Positions 39,255 to 47,322 of a stretch of DNA of 64,000 bases are shown piece by piece. The notes below the pieces were generated by a model. That model was not told the DNA's origin. It saw only the letters and a list, made by a program, of their open reading frames with translations, and did no database searches. Positions within the stretch are counted from its first letter, which is position 1. Each line of letters begins with the position of its first letter. Both the position numbers and the translations under genes were made by a program. This DNA is from a virus (taxonomy: Duplodnaviria; Caudoviricetes), in IMG/VR virus record IMGVR_UViG_3300013121_000022, positions 96,001-160,000 of that record. One strand, given 5' to 3'.

Positions 39255-39590
39255 ATGATGCAACGTAAAGATAGTGATTGCATCATTATTAATAATATCT
39301 GTGTCCTATCTGTCTGGTCTGGTTTGGTCAGAGAAAAACATCGGAACACTAGGCGAAGATTTTCGAGCAGATTTCATAAATTGGTTTATGCGCGATGGGC
39401 TTGTCAGTCCAATGACAATCGCGTTGAAGGGTGCGCCTCTGTAACCGCACTCCCATAACATGAGGCAAAGCTTGTAAGAGACAAGTGGAAGTAGGGTTTT
39501 CAAGTCTGCTATCTAATAACCACACTCCGTCACTAGGGAAGCGTGAGCCGAAACGATGTGGCGCAGAGGAAAAACTTGCAGACATGCACA
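39255..39590 (+). ncRNA. candidate structured ncRNA
   Basis: ATGATGCAA/TTGCATCAT hairpin; TGTCTG/CAGACA long-range pair; several hairpins. Confidence 0.5.
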
Positions 39591-39591
39591 T

Positions 39592-39942
39592 TTCAAATTC
39601 TATATTCTGTTGTTCAGGGCGAGTGATTGACTGATCATCAACATTCGTTATAATCATCGCGTAAAAACTGTTGCCATAACAGTAGCGCACTAGACTATAC
39701 ACTTTCGCTGGTCTAGGTTGAACAATACCAATGACATAGAGCATCACAAGTGGGAGATACGAGCGAATGCTTTGAAGCAGTAATGCTTCTTAACCCACGT
39801 GAGTCGTCCCGAATCTTACAGCTAGTGGTCGGTGGCGTGAAGGAAAAATCCTTTCACAGAAATGTGTCGCTTAATAATTTAGTTGGTATGTCTTATCGGC
39901 TTTGCAACCGATTGATTTGAACAACAGAACATAGAATTTGAA
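39592..39942 (+). ncRNA. candidate ncRNA closed by a 25-bp inverted repeat
   Basis: 39592-39616 is complementary to 39918-39942 with one mismatch. Confidence 0.6.
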
Positions 39943-39948
39943 GTTTTT

Positions 39949-40021
39949 GGGCGATTAGCTTAGTTGGGAGAGCATTTCGTTCGCAACGAAAAGGTCGCGG
40001 GTTCAACTCCCGTATCGTCCA
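39949..40021 (+). tRNA. tRNA-Ala(CGC)
   Basis: TTTCG-TTCGCAA-CGAAA. Confidence 0.92.
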
Positions 40022-40036
40022 CAGAAAGAAAACAAT

Positions 40037-40357
40037 ATGACACCAGATATGGCGGCACAGAAGTGGCAATCCGTTCTCAAAAAACAAGATCAACAGCGTC
40101 AGCAAATTGAAGGGATGCTCACTATTGAGTTTGACCAAAAAGTTTTTCGCGCTGATACAGTCAAACCAAAACCACGTGCATGTGTTGCATCAGTACACGT
40201 ACAAACCATTTTCAATTTATGGTCATCCGCGTCTCAAGACAATCTTATTATGACCATCGATGAAATTTTGGAAGTTGTTTCAAATCACTATCAGAGTTTG
40301 GGATGGCTAACCGAAGTATCAGAAGAACGAGTTAGAATTTTATATCCAGAACAATAA
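40037..40357 (+). CDS. hypothetical protein
   Basis: ORF fills the gap between tRNAs. Confidence 0.55.
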   Translation: MTPDMAAQKWQSVLKKQDQQRQQIEGMLTIEFDQKVFRADTVKPKPRACVASVHVQTIFNLWSSASQDNLIMTIDEILEVVSNHYQSLGWLTEVSEERVRILYPEQ

Positions 40358-40358
40358 T

Positions 40359-40430
40359 CAGGGTGTACGTCAGCGGCAGACTACTACGTTTGGATCGTAG
40401 GGGACACTGGTTCGAGTCCAGTCATCCTGA
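40359..40430 (+). tRNA. tRNA-Pro(UGG)
   Basis: CTACG-TTTGGAT-CGTAG. Confidence 0.85.
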
Positions 40431-40441
40431 CAAAAAAAAGA

Positions 40442-40696
40442 ATGACACATTTTCTCAATCGCCAGTTTCAGTATATTCATCACTCAGATCATTTTTGTGA
40501 TCTCCGGCCAAATTGTACGCATCGAGACTTTTGGATGGCAGGCGATAAATTCGAGTGGGTGTTGAAGCAAAATCATCTGAATGGGCAACTCGATGTTTTG
40601 TATAATTCAAAAAGCGATCTTGAAACACTAAAATGGTGTCCCAATTGCGGGGGTAATATCGAATCAGTTATTCAATTTGTGATACAATTTTGTTAA
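40442..40696 (+). CDS. hypothetical protein with CPNCG motif
   Basis: ORF between tRNAs. Confidence 0.5.
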   Translation: MTHFLNRQFQYIHHSDHFCDLRPNCTHRDFWMAGDKFEWVLKQNHLNGQLDVLYNSKSDLETLKWCPNCGGNIESVIQFVIQFC

Positions 40697-40697
40697 T

Positions 40698-40771
40698 CGG
40701 GATGTAGCGCAGTTCGGTAGCGCACTTGCATGGGGTGCAAGGGGTCGCTGGTTCAAATCCAGTCATTCCGA
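40698..40771 (+). tRNA. tRNA-Pro(GGG)
   Basis: CTTGC-ATGGGGT-GCAAG. Confidence 0.92.
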
Positions 40772-40775
40772 CTAT

Positions 40776-40848
40776 ACAGGTGTACCTCAGCGGTTAGAGC
40801 GCCTTTCTTACAAAAAGGAAGTCGGGGGTTCGAGTCCCTCCACCTGTA
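40776..40848 (+). tRNA. tRNA-Val(UAC)
   Basis: CCTTT-CTTACAA-AAAGG. Confidence 0.9.
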
Positions 40849-40850
40849 CT

Positions 40851-40880
40851 AAAGCAACTCACGACTGAGTTGCTTTTTTA
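40851..40880 (+). terminator. intrinsic terminator
   Basis: AAAGCAACTCA-cgac-TGAGTTGCTTTTTT. Confidence 0.85.
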
Positions 40881-41023
40881 TTACAGGCACAAGTGTCTAC
40901 AACGAGACAGCGCCGGAAAAACTGTAAACCAAGCACAGCACAAGACCAGCAATAAATAGATACCGCACACAACAACGGGCACAATCCAACTCAAAAATTT
41001 TTTCTTCATAGGTGGATTTTAAC

Positions 41024-41326
41024 ATGGATTACACTGAAATGAAATCACAGATCGATACCTTGATGCACGAGAAAGAAAAAATAGATTCGCAGATTTCGTC
41101 CATTAAACGACAGTACATTCAAGAACACTGTCCCTATAAAGTTGGGCAGAAAATTATTCGTGCGGGTTATGAATATGAGATTCGATCTATCTACTTGGAT
41201 TTGACTGAGGAAAATACTTACATTTTAGGATGCATCAGGATTGGCGCAACGGGTCGTAGAGCATTCAGGGAATTGACATTTAGACCAAGTAAGTCTCAGG
41301 TCGAGTTTGACAACTCAAATGTGTAG
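41024..41326 (+). CDS. hypothetical protein
   Basis: GGTGGA RBS; CPYKVGQK motif. Confidence 0.6.
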   Translation: MDYTEMKSQIDTLMHEKEKIDSQISSIKRQYIQEHCPYKVGQKIIRAGYEYEIRSIYLDLTEENTYILGCIRIGATGRRAFRELTFRPSKSQVEFDNSNV

Positions 41327-41356
41327 TGTTATTATGTTTGCAATAGAAAGGTTGAT

Positions 41357-41623
41357 ATGTCTAAATTAAAGTCTGCTCTATCATGGGTGTTTTGGTTGCT
41401 TGTTCGGGTTATAGCCTTCCCGTTTCGACTGCTGGTTCAGTTTTCGTGGAAAATTCGGATGGCATGGTCGTACAATAAAGCGAACATCCAAAAATCAATC
41501 AGGGCTTTTTTTGTTGTCTGGATTTTAATACTGGCTTTGATCGTGTGTTTTTTCTTGGCCGGAGCTTTGATTGGCCTGCTGGTTGCAGGGTATCACATTG
41601 CATTGGGGTTGTTCGGGGTATAA
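41357..41623 (+). CDS. membrane protein
   Basis: AAAGG RBS; hydrophobic. Confidence 0.6.
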   Translation: MSKLKSALSWVFWLLVRVIAFPFRLLVQFSWKIRMAWSYNKANIQKSIRAFFVVWILILALIVCFFLAGALIGLLVAGYHIALGLFGV

Positions 41624-41631
41624 TAATTCAT

Positions 41632-41705
41632 CGGGATGTGATCGAGCATGGCAAGACTCTCCACTCGGACTGGAGGAATCGTTGGTTCAAATCCAACCAT
41701 CCCGA
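41632..41705 (+). tRNA. tRNA-Pro(CGG)
   Basis: CTCCA-CTCGGAC-TGGAG. Confidence 0.8.
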
Positions 41706-41711
41706 CACTTT

Positions 41712-42080
41712 ATGAACTTCATTGCCCTAGCAATCATTGCCCACTTGAGTTGGTACAATCCGGCCTTGTGCTATACAAGACCAATCAACTGTTTCGATCC
41801 CGATCACTGGTGGGTCATGGCGGCAGGATCGGACGCCAGAGAATGGTACAACAAATCTCTGGCGTGTCCCGAAACATATCCAATTGGATCGAAATGGATT
41901 ATCACTAACTCACGCAATCAATTGGCCGATGGACAATATCTATGCATGGATCGGGGCGGCATGATTGTTCAGAACGAAGATAGTTCAGTCGTCTTGGATT
42001 TGTTACGCAAAACCCCCATTTGGCACGAAGTGGTTCAGGTATTTGTTTTAGTTCCCAATCCCCTAGATAAACGACGATAG
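41712..42080 (+). CDS. RlpA/3D-domain-like secreted protein
   Basis: MAAG..SLACP..PIGS..CMDRGGMI..LDL double-psi barrel pattern. Confidence 0.5.
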   Translation: MNFIALAIIAHLSWYNPALCYTRPINCFDPDHWWVMAAGSDAREWYNKSLACPETYPIGSKWIITNSRNQLADGQYLCMDRGGMIVQNEDSSVVLDLLRKTPIWHEVVQVFVLVPNPLDKRR

Positions 42081-42092
42081 AAAGACAAACAC

Positions 42093-42359
42093 ATGATTGT
42101 CACGAAAGAATTTTTAAACGAGAGAGCTAAACGTTCAGTCGAAGCAGGATACCCAAAGCAAAAGTGGATTGAGTTTTGCGAAATGCTATTGAATATCGAC
42201 TGCGGCTTTGAACTCCACTTGAAAGAGGCCAAGACAACTGTTTCCAACAATCCGCAACAGGGAGTCAATCGACTAAACACCAAAGTACGTGGGCTTACAT
42301 CCCAAGACGGTGGTCGAAAAATCCACCTTGACTTTAGACACACTCGGCAAGTTCTATAG
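42093..42359 (+). CDS. hypothetical protein
   Basis: ORF track. Confidence 0.45.
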   Translation: MIVTKEFLNERAKRSVEAGYPKQKWIEFCEMLLNIDCGFELHLKEAKTTVSNNPQQGVNRLNTKVRGLTSQDGGRKIHLDFRHTRQVL

Positions 42360-42399
42360 GGCTTGACGATTTGTTTTGCGGCGAGAGATAATTATTTAT

Positions 42400-42475
42400 G
42401 GAGTTGTCAGCATAACAGGCCATGCGTCCCGACTTCGCCTAAAGAAGATATGAGTTCGAGTCTCATACAGCTCCC
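42400..42475 (+). tRNA. tRNA-like gene with aberrant anticodon arm
   Basis: acceptor GGAGTTG/CAGCTCC and T-arm ATGAG-TTCGAGT-CTCAT intact; no canonical anticodon stem. Confidence 0.65.
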
Positions 42476-42480
42476 AAATA

Positions 42481-42785
42481 ACCTGAACAACACAAAGCCG
42501 ACTTAGTTCATTGGATTGGACTGAGAGGGAGATTATAAAAGAGTGTTGTTGATTTACAAACAGGGAAGTCCAATTTAATCTGACTTGGACATTACTGGAT
42601 ATGAGAATGTTGTAAAGTAATAGATTGCGGTATCTGTTTACATAGGTCAGGAACTTCCCATTCAAGCCCTGCTGGTCGGCATTGCGCCGATTAGTGGAGC
42701 ATGGTACTCAGCGGGTGCGGGAACACCCTTAAGATAGAGTATCAGCAACGCCACAAACGTTGATAAAACCGTCTGACCGTATTTG
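42481..42785 (+). ncRNA. candidate structured ncRNA (~300 nt)
   Basis: AACAACAC/GTGTTGTT, AAACAG/CTGTTT, GGGAAGT/ACTTCCC and GGTCAG/CTGACC pairings. Confidence 0.55.
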
Positions 42786-42828
42786 TTACTTGACAACATT
42801 CTCGTATCCAGTATAATCAGAAACACAT

Positions 42829-42901
42829 GCCGATGTAACTCAACGGTTAGAGTATCATTCTGATAAGATGAAGGTTGGAGGTTCGATTCCTCTCATCGGT
42901 A
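42829..42901 (+). tRNA. tRNA-Ile(GAU)
   Basis: loop CTGATAA; promoter TTGACA/TATAAT at 42790. Confidence 0.92.
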
Positions 42902-43116
42902 CACGAGACTGTTCGCACTTCATAGGACGCGTAATTGCATAGAAGTGAACGTTCATAAAGATTAGACTTGTCGTTTTTATGAACCGTAAGTTACCGCATA
43001 GACTTAAGGGAATGCGGCGGGAACAAGTCACCATGCAACCAACCGACAGAGGTTCAAGGAATTATCGACTGTTTGCCAATAGCATAGAATCTTAGAGTTC
43101 ATAGAAATTGGATTAT

Positions 43117-43190
43117 CTAGGTATAGCTGAGTTCGGTAAAGCACTACGTTTGGAGCGTAGGGATCGAAAGTTCAAATCTTTCTACCTAGA
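43117..43190 (+). tRNA. tRNA-Pro(UGG), second copy
   Basis: CTACG-TTTGGAG-CGTAG. Confidence 0.88.
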
Positions 43191-43412
43191 CCTGCTTAAT
43201 GATGGGTAGCGTCCATCCGAAATCCGAACGTTATCGGAATGTTGATGGCATAGTATCTTTATGTGTTCACCGAGAATTGCGCGATCAACTTATGGTCAGC
43301 CATAAAGAGACACCTGCTGATGCTGACGTTGCATATTGGTCGGGCAGAAACCCGAATAACCAACGCAACCGAGTCGAGTGGTGTGACTTCCCCGTAGAGA
43401 GTAACGGTGCTT

Positions 43413-43487
43413 GCAACTATAGCTCAGTTGGTTAGAGCGTTTCGTTGACATCGAAAAGGTTCACAGGTTCGAGTCCTGTTAGTTGCA
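43413..43487 (+). tRNA. tRNA-Val(GAC)
   Basis: TTTCG-TTGACAT-CGAAA. Confidence 0.92.
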
Positions 43488-43578
43488 CAAACGTTTTGCT
43501 TCATGGGCAAGACGGGTCAAGCGGAACGGTGGGTTCAATTCCCTGCAACGACAAACGTGCATTCGCTTGACTAGAAAC

Positions 43579-43737
43579 GCTTTCAAAGAAATCCTCTGGC
43601 CTTGCCATTGCAGGGTAGTCCTGAAAAATTTTCCTTAGCGGGAAGAAAGAGCAAGGCGGCGAATCACGAAATGGCCGAAGTAACGGGTCGGCTAAACGCT
43701 AAGAGAAAGTGTCCGGCACATTGATTTCTTTGAAAGC
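43579..43737 (+). ncRNA. candidate ncRNA closed by a 15-bp stem
   Basis: GCTTTCAAAGAAATC/GATTTCTTTGAAAGC; inner CTTAGCG/CGCTAAG. Confidence 0.55.
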
Positions 43738-43768
43738 ATTTCTATAAACTCTCGAAAGGAACTTGAAC

Positions 43769-44260
43769 ATGAAAACTATCGCTGGAATTTTACAGTTGGC
43801 TTTGTGGGTGATTGGTCTGCCAAGTCTGATTGTTATCGGATTGATTGAGGCCGGACTTAAAATTACCACAAAGATCGTTACGTTGGTGTTATTGATTTTG
43901 TTTTTGTTTGTAACACCATTTGCGCTATTGTTTGCGGGAGTGGCAGGCATGACTCCGGCTGAAATGTGGAAAGTCTTGAAGGTAATTCTTCGGGCAAACT
44001 CGGCGCAGATCATTGGTCATAAGATTTACGAGATTGGCGCAGAACACGCCGAAGACTCCAGCAAGGATCACAAAACGGATGGGGTTGTAGTTGAAATTTT
44101 GGCAACTCGACAGGATTTTGAAAACATTCGCGATCAGGCCAACGAACAATTGCTTTGGTTTTCCAACATGACGTTTCGTTCATTGGGAACGACTGAGAAA
44201 TTCATCTACAGCTTTTATCTGGTCAACCTGCAACTTGACAAGTGGAAGCGACGCAAGTAA
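43769..44260 (+). CDS. membrane protein
   Basis: AAAGGA RBS; N-terminal TM helices. Confidence 0.65.
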   Translation: MKTIAGILQLALWVIGLPSLIVIGLIEAGLKITTKIVTLVLLILFLFVTPFALLFAGVAGMTPAEMWKVLKVILRANSAQIIGHKIYEIGAEHAEDSSKDHKTDGVVVEILATRQDFENIRDQANEQLLWFSNMTFRSLGTTEKFIYSFYLVNLQLDKWKRRK

Positions 44261-44267
44261 AATATAA

Positions 44268-44465
44268 CCGTTGCCGACTTGATTGAAACTTCTACGGAAG
44301 TGGACGGGCAACGCTGAAATCAGCGATGGATCGATAGGTGATCTAACAACTCAGAAAGAGCATGGTGTTCCGAAGCTCCCTTATCCGTCAGTCAATGAGT
44401 CGCTCGATGCCTACACCGGAGGCGAATAGCGAACAAGAAGCTTAGCAAAGCATAAGCCACAACGG
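44268..44465 (+). ncRNA. candidate multi-branched ncRNA (~200 nt)
   Basis: CCGTTG/CAACGG closure; GACTTGATTGA/TCAGTCAATGAGTC; hairpins ACTTC-TACG-GAAGT and CGCTG-AAAT-CAGCG. Confidence 0.55.
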
Positions 44466-44559
44466 ACATCGCTAAAAAAAGTGGTATAAGGCGACATAAT
44501 TTGAACCACCAAACAGATTGTTTATGCAATCTTACCCAATCAATTGCTGTCGCATATTT

Positions 44560-44630
44560 GGCCTGCTCCGCTAATGGTAGGCGTACTCATTCTCAATGAG
44601 TCAACCAGAGTTCGATTCTCTGGCAGGTCA
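44560..44630 (+). tRNA. tRNA-Glu(CUC)
   Basis: ACTCA-TTCTCAA-TGAGT. Confidence 0.85.
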
Positions 44631-44663
44631 CAAGATAATAGTTGGAAAGTGTTTTACAATCAT

Positions 44664-44734
44664 GGCCTATTCCTCTATCGGCAGGAGCACTCACTTTCAA
44701 TGAGAGAAGACGGGTTCGACTCCCGTATAGGTCA
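44664..44734 (+). tRNA. tRNA-Glu(UUC)
   Basis: loop CTTTCAA. Confidence 0.85.
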
Positions 44735-44937
44735 CAGCGCACGATACGGTTTCATTCAATGTATCGGGCAAGTCACAGCGGACTTGAAAAACGCAGCTTA
44801 TCGGTGATGCCAATGTTACAAAAAACGAGATGCCTGAACGAAGAAAAGCTACAGGTAGCAGTAACTTCTCAGGCTATGGTTTGTCGTCTTCTGTGTGATG
44901 GGAACTGATTGAACGGGCGAAGACGACAAACCATCAT

Positions 44938-45009
44938 TGACGGTTATCACAATGGTAGTGAAACTTACTGTTAATAAGTGCTATGGACGTTCGACTCGTC
45001 TACCGTCAG
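44938..45009 (+). tRNA. tRNA-Asn(GUU)
   Basis: ACTTA-CTGTTAA-TAAGT. Confidence 0.8.
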
Positions 45010-45010
45010 C

Positions 45011-45304
45011 ATGTTTACTCAAGCGATAAAAGACTTACAAGCAAAGAAAACCGTTCAGGTTCGTCCACGTGGCAATTCAATGACTGGACGCATAAACAGT
45101 GGTCAACTGGTCACAATTCGTCCCTGTGAACCTTCTAAGGTCAGCAAAGGGCAAGTTGTACTGGTTCGGGTAGGGCGGAACATGTATTTGCATTTGGTGG
45201 TAGATACAAAACCGGACAGTGTATTGATCGGCAACAATCACGGCAAGATCAATGGTTGGGTGTTCCGAGAAAAAGTGTACGGGATAGTCGAGAAAGTTGA
45301 ATGA
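45011..45304 (+). CDS. standalone S24/S26 peptidase-like domain
   Basis: RGNSM.G.I.SG..GQVVLVRV..YLHLV. Confidence 0.7.
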   Translation: MFTQAIKDLQAKKTVQVRPRGNSMTGRINSGQLVTIRPCEPSKVSKGQVVLVRVGRNMYLHLVVDTKPDSVLIGNNHGKINGWVFREKVYGIVEKVE

Positions 45305-45431
45305 ACTATAAACGCAAGCGATGCCGCCGACAAGTACGATGCAATTTATGCACTGATAACCGAATTGGTAATTCAGCCAAGAACGGGATCAAAAAAGCAG
45401 ATCGGCGCAGATCATCTCGTAAAAACAACAT

Positions 45432-45503
45432 TGGCCTCTAGCTCAATGGCAGAGCATCCGGCTGTTAACCGGAGGGTTGCTGGTTCGAGTCCAGCGAGGT
45501 CAG
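45432..45503 (+). tRNA. tRNA-Asn(GUU), second copy
   Basis: TCCGG-CTGTTAA-CCGGA. Confidence 0.92.
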
Positions 45504-45507
45504 CATA

Positions 45508-45677
45508 GCAGGTGAGTAGAAAACGACGACTGGATTATTCCAGCGTTATCTAGTGTGGTTCTAAATGGTAGCACTAGGAACATAAATCCGGCCAACCGAC
45601 ATAGGAGTAACAGACTCGCCCTCTTACCGTATTTGTGTTCTGGCAGAAACCAATGTCGAAAAACCATACTCACCTGT
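45508..45677 (+). ncRNA. candidate multi-branched ncRNA (~170 nt)
   Basis: GCAGGTGAGTA/TACTCACCTGT closure followed by U-tract; three inner stems. Confidence 0.55.
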
Positions 45678-45806
45678 TTTTTATTGTATCACCCTAAACG
45701 GAAGCTTTGGCCGATCTGTGTGCGCTTCGGAAGCTAGACTACGATACTCACAGGAAGATGAACGGAGAAGTAATTACTCTCAAAAATCGGGAAGTGGTAC
45801 AATTAT

Positions 45807-45878
45807 GCCATTGTAGCTCATTGGTAGAGCATCTATCTGAAGAATAGAGGGTTGTGGGTTCGATTCCCACTGATGGCA
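45807..45878 (+). tRNA. tRNA-Phe(GAA)
   Basis: TCTAT-CTGAAGA-ATAGA. Confidence 0.92.
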
Positions 45879-45882
45879 CTAT

Positions 45883-45962
45883 GCGTTGGAGCGGTGATGG
45901 GTGACACCAACTGACTGTAAATCAGCCGATTCGTCTTGCAGGTTCAAATCCTGTCCAACGCA
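45883..45962 (+). tRNA. tRNA-Tyr(GUA)
   Basis: loop CTGTAAA, longer variable arm. Confidence 0.85.
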
Positions 45963-45988
45963 CTGATAATTTCTTGAAAGGAACTTGA

Positions 45989-46183
45989 ATGGAGATCAAA
46001 AAGGGTCACACACTGGTTTACTCGATTGAATTAATTCGAGTTGCATCAGACAAAAACAAGGCATGGCCGAAGTATAAATACCTGATTATCGACGGAAAAA
46101 AAGTTCGATTTGAATTTGAATCGACATCCTATGCCAGTAGTTATTTTGTCGTTGCCAAGTACAAAAGAGAAATCACTTATTAG
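45989..46183 (+). CDS. hypothetical protein
   Basis: AAAGGA RBS. Confidence 0.55.
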   Translation: MEIKKGHTLVYSIELIRVASDKNKAWPKYKYLIIDGKKVRFEFESTSYASSYFVVAKYKREITY

Positions 46184-46186
46184 TTT

Positions 46187-46257
46187 GCATCTATGGCGTA
46201 ACGGTAGCGCAGTAGCCTTTTAAGCTTTTGGTCAGGGTTCGACTCCCTGTAGATGCA
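46187..46257 (+). tRNA. tRNA-Lys(UUU)
   Basis: loop CTTTTAA. Confidence 0.85.
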
Positions 46258-46260
46258 CAT

Positions 46261-46334
46261 GCGCTTGAAGCTGAGTCTGGAACAGCAAGAGACTCTTAAT
46301 CTCAAGGAAGTGGGTTCGATGCCCATCAAGCGCA
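46261..46334 (+). tRNA. tRNA-Lys(CUU)
   Basis: loop CTCTTAA. Confidence 0.85.
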
Positions 46335-46719
46335 CACACAACACGAGTTGTTGATCATCGTGCAAGGAACAGTAAGCATTGTGGATGGATGTATTACAGG
46401 TAGATGGACATTTGCAAAGCGTGGTCAAAATTACGATGTCAAGTTAGTAAAACAATGTGTACTCAATCGGGTCTAGGCAATGTCTCAGATAGGAGCTCCA
46501 CTTCATTTGAGTAAGTCCGACAGTCGAAAGCGATCTAATAAGGCTGGAGCTGAAAAAGATCGGCGCAGATCAACTTTATCACACTACAGGAAGCGATTCC
46601 ACCTAAGAAGCAATACGAGTTTGGTAGGCGACTGAATGGACTTGATTCGCGGCAAGGTCTAAACAGTGAACGTACAATGAACGAAAACATCAAACGCCTT
46701 GTGTGATAAAATCTCTGCA

Positions 46720-47322
46720 ATGAGACGTATCCGACACGGAACTTCAATCAAATTCGCCTTAAATAAATTTTCGCCCATGCAACACAAAGATGAATTCTTA
46801 TGGTTATGGGATCATCTGCCTCCACTTGAAACAGTTTTGGAAATTGGCATGGGTTATGGCGCAACAGCGGCGTTGTTTGCTTTTTCGGGCGCACAGGTTA
46901 CAACGATTGATCCAAAAGTAAAAACCGAATTGTATCAAGAGGTTGATGAAAACGAAGAATACACATTTGACTCACCGGAGTTCAAAAAGTTAGCGTGGTG
47001 GGCAAAGCCAGTTCGCTGGATAAGAAAATCAAGTCTTGACAAAACAGTAATTAGTGATGTAGAATTACCAAGCAATCAGAAATACGATTTACTACACATT
47101 GACGGAGATCATTCGCCAGAGGTATGTAGATCGGATTGGGAAACGTTCTCTCCAATGGCAAAGATAGTTGCCATTCATGATATTTATGGATGGGACAATG
47201 ATATGCACTGGAAGGATGGGCCAAGAGGTTTGTGGAGTGAACTTCGGGAAAGTAAGCAGTATAAAATGCAAGAGTGTTGTTTGCATGAAAGCGGCGGAAT
47301 GGGATTGATATGGATGTCATAA
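46720..47322 (+). CDS. class I SAM methyltransferase (Methyltransf_24-like)
   Basis: LEIGMGYG, DLLHIDGDH, VAIHD. Confidence 0.88.
   Translation: MRRIRHGTSIKFALNKFSPMQHKDEFLWLWDHLPPLETVLEIGMGYGATAALFAFSGAQVTTIDPKVKTELYQEVDENEEYTFDSPEFKKLAWWAKPVRWIRKSSLDKTVISDVELPSNQKYDLLHIDGDHSPEVCRSDWETFSPMAKIVAIHDIYGWDNDMHWKDGPRGLWSELRESKQYKMQECCLHESGGMGLIWMS

Noticed and set aside
42400-42475. Genome-wide TAG recoding
   Set aside because: Long genes are intact under code 11 and recA ends at TAG at its normal length
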